Shown: positions 9,238-19,022, counted from the first letter of the stretch. The stretch: 64,000 bases of DNA from an uncultured Gammaproteobacteria bacterium (GCA_964518565.1 CAZFGX010000001.1:139046-203045); one strand, 5' to 3'. The notes: a model not told the origin generated them from the sequence alone. Program-made: numbers and translations.

Positions 9238-9636
9238 TTATTTTGTAGGAATGGACACGCCTCCTATGGATATAGTATTTGCTGTAATACTTCCATCCGA
9301 ATTAGTTGTACCAAATACTGAAATTTTATCTCCAGATTTTATATCAGCTTTATTTCCTTCAGTAGTTTTATTAAATATTGTCTTTTCAGACAAAATAATA
9401 ATTTTGCTACTGTTATCCATTAGTTTTATAGTAATGGATTTATCATCAATGCTTGATACTTCACCAGCAGCAGGTCGAAAACTTTGTCCCATTGGCACGG
9501 CTTGTCTTGCCCCTCCTCTGCCTTGAATAAACATAGTATTTCTTTGTCGTTTTTGATATTGCATACCGCCAAAAAAACTTGCGACTCCTACCACTACAAT
9601 TGCTATTCCACAAAGAATAAGTTGTTTATATTTCAT
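9238..9636 (-). CDS. Membrane-anchored OB-fold (DUF5666-like) accessory protein of the exporter operon
   Basis: N-terminal TM, FFGGMQY, GEVSSIDDKSITIK..IKSGDKISVFG. Confidence 0.7.
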   Translation of the reverse strand: MKYKQLILCGIAIVVVGVASFFGGMQYQKRQRNTMFIQGRGGARQAVPMGQSFRPAAGEVSSIDDKSITIKLMDNSSKIIILSEKTIFNKTTEGNKADIKSGDKISVFGTTNSDGSITANTISIGGVSIPTK

Positions 9637-9652
9637 AAATAATCACCTCCTT

Positions 9653-10867
9653 TTATTCGTAACGCAGTGCTTCAATTGGTTGAAGTGATGCGGCCTTTTG
9701 TGCCGGATACCAACCAAAAAGCACCCCAATAACACCTGATACACCAACTGCGAGTAAAATTGCTTGTCCTGAGAGAGTAAATGGAGTACTTATCACTTGG
9801 GACAATACAAAAGACACACCAGCTCCAAACAACATTCCGATAAAACCTCCCGTAAATGTCAGAATCACCGCTTCAGTTAAAAATTGTGTGATAATTGTTT
9901 TTTTCTTTGCACCCAACGCTTTGCGTAGACCAATCTCTCTAGTACGTTCTGTAACTGTGACCAACATAATATTCATAATCCCAATTCCTCCTACAAAAAG
10001 TGATATAGCAGCAATACCTGCCAATAGCGTAGTAAACGTACTTGTCGTACTCGAAGCAGTATTTAAAATATCTGCTTGAGAAAAAATCGAAAAATCAGCT
10101 TTTGCTGGATCAGTCAGTTTGTGTCGTGCCAACAATAAATAGCCTACTTCATCTTGAGCCTGAACCATGATGTCTGAGCTTTTGGCTTCTAATGAAATCG
10201 TATTCAAATATGTTTGTCCAAAGAGCTGTTTTTGGGCCACAGACAAGGGGATATATGCAACATCATCCTGATTTTGGAAACCGGTTCCACCTTTGGATGT
10301 GGTAATTCCAATCACCTGAAATGCCATGCCTTTAATACGAATTGTTTGACCAATAGGATCTGTTCCTTCGGTAAATAAGTCTGCCGCCGTTTGTGGGCCG
10401 AGTACTACTACTTTTTTCATTGAAGCCTCATCAGTATCAGAAATAAACACCCCACTACTTACAGATATTTTATGAACTTGAGCATAACTTGCCAGTACTC
10501 CATTTACGCGAACATTAGTATTATTTTTTGCATACTGTAGCTGCAACCTACCATCCACTTCTGGAGACACTGCTGCCACTGTTTGGATAGCAGTCTTAAT
10601 TGCCGTGGCATCATCATTAGTCAAAGTTGTGACAGCGCTCGCACTACGTACAGGACCGCTGGATTGAGCCCCTGGATTTATAGTCAACATATTTGCTCCC
10701 AAAGAATTAATTTGGTTCTCAATCGCTTTTTGGCTTCCTTGTCCCAAGGAAATCAGTGCAATCACACTGCCAATACCAATTACGATCCCTAAAACAGCTA
10801 AACTGGTTCGTAATTTATTGAGAGTAAGTGTAGATAATGCCTCTACGAATGTTTCAGAAAATTCCAT
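9653..10867 (-). CDS. MacB/FtsX-family ABC permease
   Basis: GGIGIMNIMLVTVTERTREIGLRKALGA; C-terminal PIEALRYE. Confidence 0.95.
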   Translation of the reverse strand: MEFSETFVEALSTLTLNKLRTSLAVLGIVIGIGSVIALISLGQGSQKAIENQINSLGANMLTINPGAQSSGPVRSASAVTTLTNDDATAIKTAIQTVAAVSPEVDGRLQLQYAKNNTNVRVNGVLASYAQVHKISVSSGVFISDTDEASMKKVVVLGPQTAADLFTEGTDPIGQTIRIKGMAFQVIGITTSKGGTGFQNQDDVAYIPLSVAQKQLFGQTYLNTISLEAKSSDIMVQAQDEVGYLLLARHKLTDPAKADFSIFSQADILNTASSTTSTFTTLLAGIAAISLFVGGIGIMNIMLVTVTERTREIGLRKALGAKKKTIITQFLTEAVILTFTGGFIGMLFGAGVSFVLSQVISTPFTLSGQAILLAVGVSGVIGVLFGWYPAQKAASLQPIEALRYE

Positions 10868-10868
10868 A

Positions 10869-11552
10869 TTAATGATTCCTGTTCTTTTTATCTCCTACAA
10901 TTTTTCCATCTTTAATCAGGATTGTTCGTTGAGCATGAGCAGCAATATCTGGTTCATGAGTAATCATGACGATCGTATGGCCTTCATTGTTTAGTTTCTT
11001 GAATATGGCCATAATCTCTTCGGCCTGCGATGAGGCAATATTTCCCGTCGGTTCATCAGCGAGCAAAATTGCCGGGTTCATAGCTATTCCCCGAGCAATA
11101 GCGACTCGCTGCTGTTGACCACCAGAAAGCTGATTTGATGTATGGAGCAAGCGATCGCCGAGACCGACCATTTCTAGATATTTTTTTGCTATCTCCAAAC
11201 GTTTTTCTTTTTCAATTCCAGCATATCTCATAGGCAACATGACATTTTTTAGTGCTGAAGTTCGAGGCAAAAGATTAAAAGCTTGAAAAATAAAACCAAT
11301 TTTCTGATTACGAATCATTGCCAGTTCATCTTCATTCAAATGCGATACTGATTCTCCTTCGAGAATGTACTCTCCTTTTGTGGGCGTATCGAGCGCTCCT
11401 AAAATATGCATTAGAGTGGATTTACCAGATCCAGATGGACCCATAATAGCCACAAATTCTCCTTTGCTGACTGAAAAGTTAATATCAGATAACGCAACTG
11501 TCTCGCTCCCACCAGAGTTATAAATTTTATACAAATGCTCCACCTGAATCAT
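10869..11552 (-). CDS. MacB/LolD-type ABC ATPase
   Basis: GPSGSGKST, LSGGQQQR, LADEPTGN; start refined to MIQVEH. Confidence 0.95.
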   Translation of the reverse strand: MIQVEHLYKIYNSGGSETVALSDINFSVSKGEFVAIMGPSGSGKSTLMHILGALDTPTKGEYILEGESVSHLNEDELAMIRNQKIGFIFQAFNLLPRTSALKNVMLPMRYAGIEKEKRLEIAKKYLEMVGLGDRLLHTSNQLSGGQQQRVAIARGIAMNPAILLADEPTGNIASSQAEEIMAIFKKLNNEGHTIVMITHEPDIAAHAQRTILIKDGKIVGDKKNRNH

Positions 11553-11556
11553 GTAA

Positions 11557-12768
11557 TTATCGTGCAATTCGCACGGCACCTCCGCCGCTAAATGTCCGAC
11601 TAAATACTGAAGTCGTACTGGTTGATGATGTTCCTGAAGTTGATGAGGTAGAGGTTGATGTGACCACTACATCACCTTCAGAAACTCCAGAAATAATTTC
11701 TGTTTGAGTATCAGACGACTGACCAACTTCTACAGTTGTTGTTTGTGGTTGATTATTCTTCATAATTTGAACTGTAGTTTGACCATTGCTGGTTTTAACA
11801 GCCGAAGAGGGGGCTAGTAATACTCCATCTTTTGTATCAGTAATAATATGTGCCGTTGTGCTCATGTTTGCCAAAATTGCCGGATTTGCTTCCTCTAGGG
11901 TAATCACCACTGGATAACTCGTCACATTCGACGAAGTAGTTCCAGACAAATCTACACTTAAGACATGTCCAATAAACGTTTTGTCCCCCAAGGCATCAAA
12001 TGTCAGTGTAACCTTGTCTCCTACATCTACCTTCGATACGTCGATATCAGTTAGGTTAACTGAAACTGTCGGAAGAGTGTCTGTCATGATAGTAGCAATT
12101 TTTTGTGAACTTTCGGACGTGCCATTAATTACCATACCTTTTTGCAAAGATAGTCCAGAAATTTTTCCGGAAATTGGTGCATAAATAATCGGCGAACTAT
12201 GCATATAGTTCAACCAAGAGCTAGTAAGTCCTGCATGAGCTTGAGCGATGACATTTTGTTGATTTTTATAACTTGATTCAGCAGCTAGCCATGTGGCATA
12301 TTCCTGAATGTATGTAGGGTCAGTAGTCTCTAAATCGCGAGCTGCCGCGTCATTGATAAATTTTTGATTAGCAGAAAATAATGTTGCTTGCAGGGTATAA
12401 AGATTGGTTTTTGCAGACTCTAAAGAGTTTTTTGCCGATTGATATGACGCCAAAGCAGATAAAAAAGTTTGACGAGAACTGAGATCTAGATCTAACTCAG
12501 CCAATTTATCACCAGTATGAACAACATCTCCATTTTTTACATACACTTTTGACACTACTCCAGATACGGAAGTGGTGACCGAACTAGAGTTTGTATTAGC
12601 CGTTTGGCCTGAGGCGCTCACGCTAACCACCAGAGTGCCTTTTTCAGCTGTTGCTGTTTGATATGTAGTCTCTGAGCTGCTACTGCTAAGTCTTGTTTTG
12701 ACCCACCAGCCAACACCTACCAGTAAAACCAGCGCTAAAATTTTGACTAACAAGGGAATCCGTTTCAT
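11557..12768 (-). CDS. Membrane fusion protein (MacA/HlyD-like)
   Basis: N-terminal TM, lipoyl-like halves, coiled coil, TEIISGVSEGDVVV; start refined to MKRIP. Confidence 0.9.
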   Translation of the reverse strand: MKRIPLLVKILALVLLVGVGWWVKTRLSSSSSETTYQTATAEKGTLVVSVSASGQTANTNSSSVTTSVSGVVSKVYVKNGDVVHTGDKLAELDLDLSSRQTFLSALASYQSAKNSLESAKTNLYTLQATLFSANQKFINDAAARDLETTDPTYIQEYATWLAAESSYKNQQNVIAQAHAGLTSSWLNYMHSSPIIYAPISGKISGLSLQKGMVINGTSESSQKIATIMTDTLPTVSVNLTDIDVSKVDVGDKVTLTFDALGDKTFIGHVLSVDLSGTTSSNVTSYPVVITLEEANPAILANMSTTAHIITDTKDGVLLAPSSAVKTSNGQTTVQIMKNNQPQTTTVEVGQSSDTQTEIISGVSEGDVVVTSTSTSSTSGTSSTSTTSVFSRTFSGGGAVRIAR

Positions 12769-12774
12769 ATCCAA

Positions 12775-12806
12775 ATCATAAAAGGCCTACCTTAATAGAA
12801 GCTGAA
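12775..12806 (-). promoter_or_regulatory. OmpR-type direct repeat TTCAG-N6-TTAAG plus -10 (TATGAT)
   Basis: Repeat 12806-12791, 10 nt upstream of TATGAT; matches boxes at 14484-14499 and 28757-28772. Confidence 0.7.
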
Positions 12807-12833
12807 CAGCCACGTTATGAGATAATACATCCG

Positions 12834-13361
12834 ATGGCTCGGGGAATACTACTTGTACTTGCGCTATTTACTACATACACCACTGTGGCAGTTGGTCAAA
12901 AAGTGCTTTCAGCACCCATGTCTAATCCCAGTCGCACAGTTGGAGTTTTGCCCACACCCACCACTCTTCCGACACAGACACCTACTTCCACCCCAAGCCC
13001 GACTTTTTTGCCTCCTACCACAACCCCTACCCCCACAATAGTAGTTCTGCCCACTCCGAAACTCAGTTCGAGTCAGATATATGAGTTGACAAATACATAT
13101 GGACACTATTACCATGTTGATCCAAATATCATTCGCCACATTGCAATTTGTGAATCAGGGTTCAGTTCAGTTGCTCAAAATGGCCAATACGCTGGCATGT
13201 TTCAGTTTTCAGTTCCCACCTGGGAGAGTTATCGACAAAAGATGAATCAAGACCCAAATCCAAATTTGCGCTTCGATCCAGAGGCGGCGATTGAGACAAC
13301 GGCATACATTCTTTCTCAAGATCCAAGTGCGGTGAATAATTGGCCAAATTGTCGTCCTTAA
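12834..13361 (+). CDS. Secreted Rpf-like/lytic transglycosylase with Pro/Thr stalk
   Basis: IAICESG, YAGMFQFSVPTW, WPNC motifs. Confidence 0.8.
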   Translation: MARGILLVLALFTTYTTVAVGQKVLSAPMSNPSRTVGVLPTPTTLPTQTPTSTPSPTFLPPTTTPTPTIVVLPTPKLSSSQIYELTNTYGHYYHVDPNIIRHIAICESGFSSVAQNGQYAGMFQFSVPTWESYRQKMNQDPNPNLRFDPEAAIETTAYILSQDPSAVNNWPNCRP

Positions 13362-14045
13362 TCAACGAGACCTAGATCGAAACAATTTAAAAAATACCAT
13401 TGCTTTTTGACTAACCAACACTGATCCAAACCAGACCATACCCGCAGCGTAACCAGCTAATATGTCCGTTGGGTAGTGCACACCTAAATAAACTCGGCTA
13501 AATCCTATCAGTCCAATAAGTATTCCTGAACAAATGAACGCAAAAATGGTTTTTTCTCTACTTTTCGTAAAATGGAATACTAAATATGAACATGTGGTAT
13601 AAAACACAAATGAATTCATTGCATGTCCTGATGGAAAACTGGAATCAGTTTCTATAATTAAAGCGTTTGTTGTAGGTCGAGGACGCATAGTTCCTGCTTT
13701 GAGCAGAATATTCAAAAAAATTCCCATTGCCAATAAAAACAAAAAAAGACTCGCTTCAGGCCTATGACCTTTTAAAAATAAATAAGCACTCATTGCCATT
13801 GTCAAAAAAATGATATAAACCCCTCCAAAATTCGTGATAATCATCATTACATTAGTCATTAGTGGTGTTCGTATCAGATATATGCTCTCACTAATTGAAG
13901 TATCAAAAGTTAATGCTTCACGTTCCAAAACTTCACTTCTCACTTTTACAAATAAAGTCACCGAGCCAAGTGTTAAAACAATTCCCATTATCAATAAAAC
14001 AAACAATACCAATGCTGGTCGGGATTCTTTTAAAAAAGAAATCAT
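13362..14045 (-). CDS. PAP2-family phosphatase (undecaprenyl-PP phosphatase-like)
   Basis: K..RPRP, SFPSGH, SRVYLGVHYPTD; start refined to MISFLK (TATACT 7 nt upstream). Confidence 0.9.
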   Translation of the reverse strand: MISFLKESRPALVLFVLLIMGIVLTLGSVTLFVKVRSEVLEREALTFDTSISESIYLIRTPLMTNVMMIITNFGGVYIIFLTMAMSAYLFLKGHRPEASLFLFLLAMGIFLNILLKAGTMRPRPTTNALIIETDSSFPSGHAMNSFVFYTTCSYLVFHFTKSREKTIFAFICSGILIGLIGFSRVYLGVHYPTDILAGYAAGMVWFGSVLVSQKAMVFFKLFRSRSR

Positions 14046-14068
14046 CCACTGTAGTATATAGTGAAAAG

Positions 14069-14332
14069 ATGTCCCAATACACAGTATATATACTTCGCAC
14101 ATCTGCAAACACGCTCTATACAGGTCAGACCATAGATATCAAAGCTAGATTGTGTCAACATTTCCAAAAAAAAGGCGCCAAATATCTACGCAGATTTTCT
14201 AGTTTTACTCTCGTCTATACTGAAAAATGTCCGACAAAAAGTTCCGCTCTAAAGCGTGAAGCTGAAATAAAAAAATTATCTAAATCCCAAAAAGAAGCTC
14301 TAGTAAACAAAACTGAAACAGCCCCATATTAG
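14069..14332 (+). CDS. GIY-YIG nuclease (UPF0213-like)
   Basis: YTVYIL..LYTGQT..RL.QH, ALKREAEIKKL; start refined to MSQY. Confidence 0.9.
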   Translation: MSQYTVYILRTSANTLYTGQTIDIKARLCQHFQKKGAKYLRRFSSFTLVYTEKCPTKSSALKREAEIKKLSKSQKEALVNKTETAPY

Positions 14333-14346
14333 ATAAGGGGCTGTTT
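14316..14346. terminator. Bidirectional hairpin terminator
   Basis: AAACAGCCCC..GGGGCTGTTT. Confidence 0.7.
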
Positions 14347-14366
14347 ACTAGACATGATGAGTAGGG

Positions 14367-14438
14367 CTAATATATTTCTTGTCTTGTTCGTATATACTTA
14401 GTCCTCACGCTCCAATATATATACAACGAGACGTTCAT
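14367..14438 (-). CDS. Unannotated 23-aa sORF MNVSLYIYWSVRTKYIRTRQEIY
   Basis: Perfect SD AAGGAGGTGA upstream, own promoter box and downstream terminator. Confidence 0.5.
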   Translation of the reverse strand: MNVSLYIYWSVRTKYIRTRQEIY

Positions 14439-14467
14439 CGATATTTGCTCACCTCCTTCATAAAAAT

Positions 14468-14499
14468 AGATTACAATACGAAACTGAAAATAGCCTGAA
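14468..14499 (-). promoter_or_regulatory. OmpR-type direct repeat TTCAG-N6-TTCAG plus -10 (TAATCT)
   Basis: TTCAGGCTATTTTCAG at 14499-14484, 10 nt before TAATCT. Confidence 0.65.
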
Positions 14500-14514
14500 A
14501 AAATTATATAGGGT

Positions 14515-15312
14515 ATGACAAAAAAACAATTTCAGAACAAAATTTTTTCTTGGTGGCAAGAAAATAAGCGGGATTTACCTTGGCGTCATACAGCAGATCC
14601 ATATGCAATTTTGGTCTCTGAAATGATGTTACAGCAAACCCAAGTCTCTAGAGTTATAGACAAGTACAACAAATTCCTGTTTCGCTTCCCGAATGTATTT
14701 ATATTGGCCAATTCAAGTGTTTCAGAAGTCATTCGCTATTGGCAAGGACTAGGTTACAACCGTCGGGCTCTATACCTACATAAAATTGCTCAGACAATTG
14801 TCGGTGAGTACGGTGGCAAATTTCCGTCTTCTGAAAAGCAACTCTGCCAACTTCCTGGCGTGGGTTTGTACACGGCTCGAGCAATTCAAGTATTTGCCTT
14901 TCATCTAAATGTAGCAGCTGTAGATACAAATATTCGCCAAATAATACAGCACCACTTTTTTGATCAAATTCCTCAACCTCCTCAAGTTATACAACAATTT
15001 GCAGAAAAATTACTTCCAATAGGGCAGTCGTGGTCTTGGCATCAGGCTTTAATGGATTATGGGTCAGCTCACAATCTTCGCAGAGTAAAAACTACTCCAA
15101 TAAAAAATTCGGTTCCATTTATTTACACGGCTCGGTTCTTACGCGGGAGGATTATCGATCTACTACGAGAAGATTCGTTATCACAAGATGAGCTAATAGA
15201 AAAACTCAAAGTGAATTATCAAAAGTCTACCGCAGAAATTATTCAGAGCTTACGTTCTTTAGAAAAAGACCAGCTGATTATTTTTCGAAATAATATAGTT
15301 TCGTTGCCTTAA
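14515..15312 (+). CDS. mutY: A/G-specific adenine glycosylase, short form
   Basis: RDLPWR, SEMMLQQTQV, WQGLGYNRRA, HhH LPGVGLYTA, VDTN. Confidence 0.9.
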   Translation: MTKKQFQNKIFSWWQENKRDLPWRHTADPYAILVSEMMLQQTQVSRVIDKYNKFLFRFPNVFILANSSVSEVIRYWQGLGYNRRALYLHKIAQTIVGEYGGKFPSSEKQLCQLPGVGLYTARAIQVFAFHLNVAAVDTNIRQIIQHHFFDQIPQPPQVIQQFAEKLLPIGQSWSWHQALMDYGSAHNLRRVKTTPIKNSVPFIYTARFLRGRIIDLLREDSLSQDELIEKLKVNYQKSTAEIIQSLRSLEKDQLIIFRNNIVSLP

Positions 15313-16100
15313 AATAATACTGAGATCAATCCAAACAAGGCGAGAGATGTCAAAACAATTGCTCCTCCAGCCGGAATATTCAAATAAAAGCTGACAAACA
15401 AACCTAAAACCACAGCAACCAGTGCAAAAAATACGCCCCAAAGTAAACTTTGAGTAAAACTTCGAGCCACACGAACTGCCGTCATTGTTGGGATCACAAG
15501 CAATGCTCCAATAAGCAATACCCCCACAATGCGCATCGCCACGGTCACAGTAATAGCAGTAATCAAAATTAATAAATAATTTAAAGTTTTTACAGGCAAG
15601 CCTGCTATTTTTGCCGCATCTTCATCGAAACTAACTAATAGTAAATGCCGCCGCAATCTCCACAAAATCACACTAATTGAAATACCTAAACAAACAACCA
15701 CCCACAAATCAGAAGTTTGAACCGTAGTAATGCTTCCAAACAAATAGCTGACCAAATTAACCCCACCTCCACCACTCAGTGCGACTAAAACAATAGACAA
15801 TGCCAGGCCTCCGGGTAAAAACATGGCCAATACTGTCTCGCCGGGAATTTTTCCTTGTGATCGTAAATGCTCAATAAATATTCCTGCAATTGCCGTGACG
15901 CCAAAAGTGCTGACAAAAAACGGCAAGCCGAACAGTCCAGAAAAAGCAATTCCTGATAGGGCTACATGCGATAAAGTATCAGCAATCAATGAAAACCTAC
16001 GCATGACCAAAAAAGACCCAATCAATGGTGCAATAATCGCAATAACAACACCAGCCAAAAAAGCCCGCTGCATGAAGGTATATTGAAAAATTTCTAACAT
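15309..16100 (-). CDS. znuB: Zn/Mn ABC transporter permease
   Basis: ADTLSHVALSG, SYLFGSI, VGVLLIGALLVIP. Confidence 0.9.
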   Translation of the reverse strand: MLEIFQYTFMQRAFLAGVVIAIIAPLIGSFLVMRRFSLIADTLSHVALSGIAFSGLFGLPFFVSTFGVTAIAGIFIEHLRSQGKIPGETVLAMFLPGGLALSIVLVALSGGGGVNLVSYLFGSITTVQTSDLWVVVCLGISISVILWRLRRHLLLVSFDEDAAKIAGLPVKTLNYLLILITAITVTVAMRIVGVLLIGALLVIPTMTAVRVARSFTQSLLWGVFFALVAVVLGLFVSFYLNIPAGGAIVLTSLALFGLISVLF

Positions 16101-16103
16101 AGG

Positions 16104-16820
16104 TTAATGGCCATGAACCACCATACGTAAATGTGATCCATAAAGTGAATGAATAAAATCTCCTTCCATGACTTCTTTGGGCTTGCCGTGACACATAAGT
16201 CGCTTGTTCACACAAATAACTGTTTTTACTTCATGGGCAACCACGTCAATATCATGAGAAACCAGTATTAGTGTCACTCCGGATTGAGTATTCAATTTTT
16301 TTAACAAGCCATAAAACAATTCTTGTGATTCACCGTCCACTCCGACAGTCGGTTCATCTAAAACCAACAAATCTGGGTGTGTAGCCATAGCTCGAGCGAT
16401 AAATACTCGTTGCTGCTGTCCACCAGACAGTTCCATAATTGGTCTGTTGGCCAAATCTAGCAAATCTACGGATTTAAGCGACTCTTTTGCTGTCGAAACA
16501 GTGACTCTTGGGTTCATCATGACAACTTCCAAAGCAGTAATAGGAAAATGCAAGGTTTGTGCCAATGGACGCTGTGCCACATACCCTATTCGTCTCCAGT
16601 TAGTAAATGATTGTATTGGTGTATCAAATAGCTCAATTTTTCCCGATTGGAGAGGTAAAATTCCTAAAAGCAATTTCAGTAAAGTAGTTTTCCCACTTCC
16701 GTTTGGTCCAATAACTCCTACATAGTCGCCTTGAGCAATATCCAGGCTAATATGTTCCAAAACTTCCATGTTCCTGTAAGTAAAATTTACATCATCGAAA
16801 TGAACAATAGATGAACTCAT
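16104..16820 (-). CDS. znuC: Zn/Mn ABC transporter ATPase
   Basis: GPNGSGKTT, LSGGQQQR, LDEPT, VSHD. Confidence 0.9.
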   Translation of the reverse strand: MSSSIVHFDDVNFTYRNMEVLEHISLDIAQGDYVGVIGPNGSGKTTLLKLLLGILPLQSGKIELFDTPIQSFTNWRRIGYVAQRPLAQTLHFPITALEVVMMNPRVTVSTAKESLKSVDLLDLANRPIMELSGGQQQRVFIARAMATHPDLLVLDEPTVGVDGESQELFYGLLKKLNTQSGVTLILVSHDIDVVAHEVKTVICVNKRLMCHGKPKEVMEGDFIHSLYGSHLRMVVHGH

Positions 16821-17692
16821 GGGCACGCCAACCCCTTCCTTAACTGTTCCAAGTTTCTATGCTGAATTGTGAAATAGTCATCATGTTGTCTTTCTTGTTC
16901 TGTGGTCAAGCCTTCGAGTGGGTTTAATTCTAAGACATCCACTCCTGTTTCTTTTGCTATTGTTTCTGCTAATTTAGAACTAGTGAGCGATTCAAAAAAT
17001 ACAGTCTTAACATTTTGTTGTTTCACTGTTGTTATAACGTTTGACAGATCTTTAGCTGACGGCTCCTGCTCTGGGTCGAGTCCTGCAATTGGTACTTGTA
17101 CCAAACCATACCGTGAAGCAAGATATGCCCAAGCCGAATGGGATGTAACCAATGTGCGTAGTTTGCATGTCTTAAGGGAATTGCGAAAATCAGTATCAAG
17201 TGCATCCAATTTTTTTACCAGAATCTCAGTTCGTTCTTTATATTCTTTAGCATGTACTGGATCAATTTTTTGTAGGCGTAGTGAGATAGCTTGGCTCATT
17301 TGAATAGCCAATAATGGATCTAGCCAAATATGTGGATCATTAGATGTTTGAATGTCTTTCCCTACTTTCAAAAGACTATCTTGCGGCACACTATCAATCC
17401 AATGTTCTACACCACCAACCACAACAGTCAAAATAGCTGTTTCAATATCTGAAACATTTTTAGGTGTCAGTTCATAGTCATGAGGTTCTACTCCTGCTGG
17501 GGTCAAATTGACGACATCCATTCTGTTTCCGACAATTTCTCGGGTGAGAAAAAAGACCGGATAAAATGAAGTAACAATATGTTGACTCTGTTGGGATTCC
17601 AGATTATTGCTTCTGACTAAGATTATTATGCCTAGAGTAACGAGCAACAATATTGCAACTGCTATTCCGACGATCAAAAAACGTTTTCTCAT
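16817..17692 (-). CDS. znuA: Zn ABC transporter substrate-binding protein
   Basis: EPHDYE, DPHIWLDP, TSHSAW, LNPLE. Confidence 0.92.
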   Translation of the reverse strand: MRKRFLIVGIAVAILLLVTLGIIILVRSNNLESQQSQHIVTSFYPVFFLTREIVGNRMDVVNLTPAGVEPHDYELTPKNVSDIETAILTVVVGGVEHWIDSVPQDSLLKVGKDIQTSNDPHIWLDPLLAIQMSQAISLRLQKIDPVHAKEYKERTEILVKKLDALDTDFRNSLKTCKLRTLVTSHSAWAYLASRYGLVQVPIAGLDPEQEPSAKDLSNVITTVKQQNVKTVFFESLTSSKLAETIAKETGVDVLELNPLEGLTTEQERQHDDYFTIQHRNLEQLRKGLACP

Positions 17693-17711
17693 AAATCTAT
17701 CCTATATAAAA

Positions 17712-17726
17712 TGCAACTCGTTTGCA
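17712..17726. promoter_or_regulatory. Putative Fur/Zur-family operator TGCAA-N5-TTGCA
   Basis: Palindrome about 20 nt upstream of znuA. Confidence 0.6.
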
Positions 17727-17762
17727 AGAGGAATAAAATTAAACTACTTATATAATAGGTAA

Positions 17763-19022
17763 ATGGAAAAAATTTTCCAAGTCAGCGAATTTAATGAATA
17801 TATCGGTCTGTACCTAAAACAAACAGGCGAAGTGACTGTCGAAGGTGAGATAAGTGAATACAAGCCATATCAGGCGAAATGGTTATATTTGACAGTAAAA
17901 GATGAATCAGCAAATCTCAATGTATTTGCAGTCACGTACAACATCGCAGGCTGGCAAAGTTTAGAAGTTGGCATGAAGGTTCAAATAACTGGTGTGCCTG
18001 GTCTTCATCAAAAATCTGGCAAATTTAGTCTCAATGCCAATAAAATAATTCCAGCAGGCGAAGGCGCACTGAAACTAGCTTATGAAAAACTTCGACTTCA
18101 ATTGGAGAAAGAGGGAATATTTGACCAATTACGAAAAAGATCTATACCTCAATTTCCACAAACCGTAGGGCTTATTACAGCTCTTGGAAGTGATGCATAT
18201 AACGACGTCGTAAAAGTTCTCAAAGCCAGGTTTGGTGGCATAAAAATTAAGTTCTTCCCCGTCCAAGTCCAAGGAACTTCTGCTCCAGAGTCTATTATAA
18301 AAGTTTTTGAATATTGCAATACTCATCCAGAGCTTCAATTGGATTGTCTTATTCTTACTCGGGGTGGGGGATCATTGGAAGATCTTCAAGCATTTAATAA
18401 TGAACATGTAGTTCGAGCAGTTTTTGGCAGTAAAGTACCGGTTATTTGTGGAATTGGTCACGAAAAAGATATTTCGCTCTGTGATCTAGCGGCTGATCTT
18501 CGAGCATCTACTCCTTCAAACGCAGCCGAATTACTCGTCAAACATAGGGATGAATATTTATCAGCAGTAAACCATCAGATCGTGCGTTTAATTCATGCAA
18601 TTGAAGTGGCGATAAGTGACAAAAAATATCATCTCCAAAGACATCTCTCGTCCATAGAGAGAGCGTCATCGCAACCAAAAAAACTTTTTGATATATATTT
18701 AAATCGTTTGCACAACGCAGCAAATCAAATTAAGTACCAAATCACAAATAAAAAACAACAAACTGATAATCAAAAAGAAAAAATTTGGACAGCTATGCAA
18801 AATGATATGGCGAAACTAATTACAAAAGCAGATTCTTTATCTCGTCTTGTCAAAAATTTTGATTACGAAGAGACATTAAAACGTGGCTTCAGTTTATTGC
18901 GAGACGATGCCGGAAAAATTATCAGATCAATAAACGAAGTAGAAGTGGGTCAGTCTATTTCGCTCCAGATTTCAGATGGTAGAATAAGGTCAACAGTTAA
19001 AGACAAGTCCACGCTGACATGA
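17763..19022 (+). CDS. xseA: Exodeoxyribonuclease VII large subunit
   Basis: RGGGSLEDL, GIGHEKD, STPSNAAE. Confidence 0.95.
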   Translation: MEKIFQVSEFNEYIGLYLKQTGEVTVEGEISEYKPYQAKWLYLTVKDESANLNVFAVTYNIAGWQSLEVGMKVQITGVPGLHQKSGKFSLNANKIIPAGEGALKLAYEKLRLQLEKEGIFDQLRKRSIPQFPQTVGLITALGSDAYNDVVKVLKARFGGIKIKFFPVQVQGTSAPESIIKVFEYCNTHPELQLDCLILTRGGGSLEDLQAFNNEHVVRAVFGSKVPVICGIGHEKDISLCDLAADLRASTPSNAAELLVKHRDEYLSAVNHQIVRLIHAIEVAISDKKYHLQRHLSSIERASSQPKKLFDIYLNRLHNAANQIKYQITNKKQQTDNQKEKIWTAMQNDMAKLITKADSLSRLVKNFDYEETLKRGFSLLRDDAGKIIRSINEVEVGQSISLQISDGRIRSTVKDKSTLT

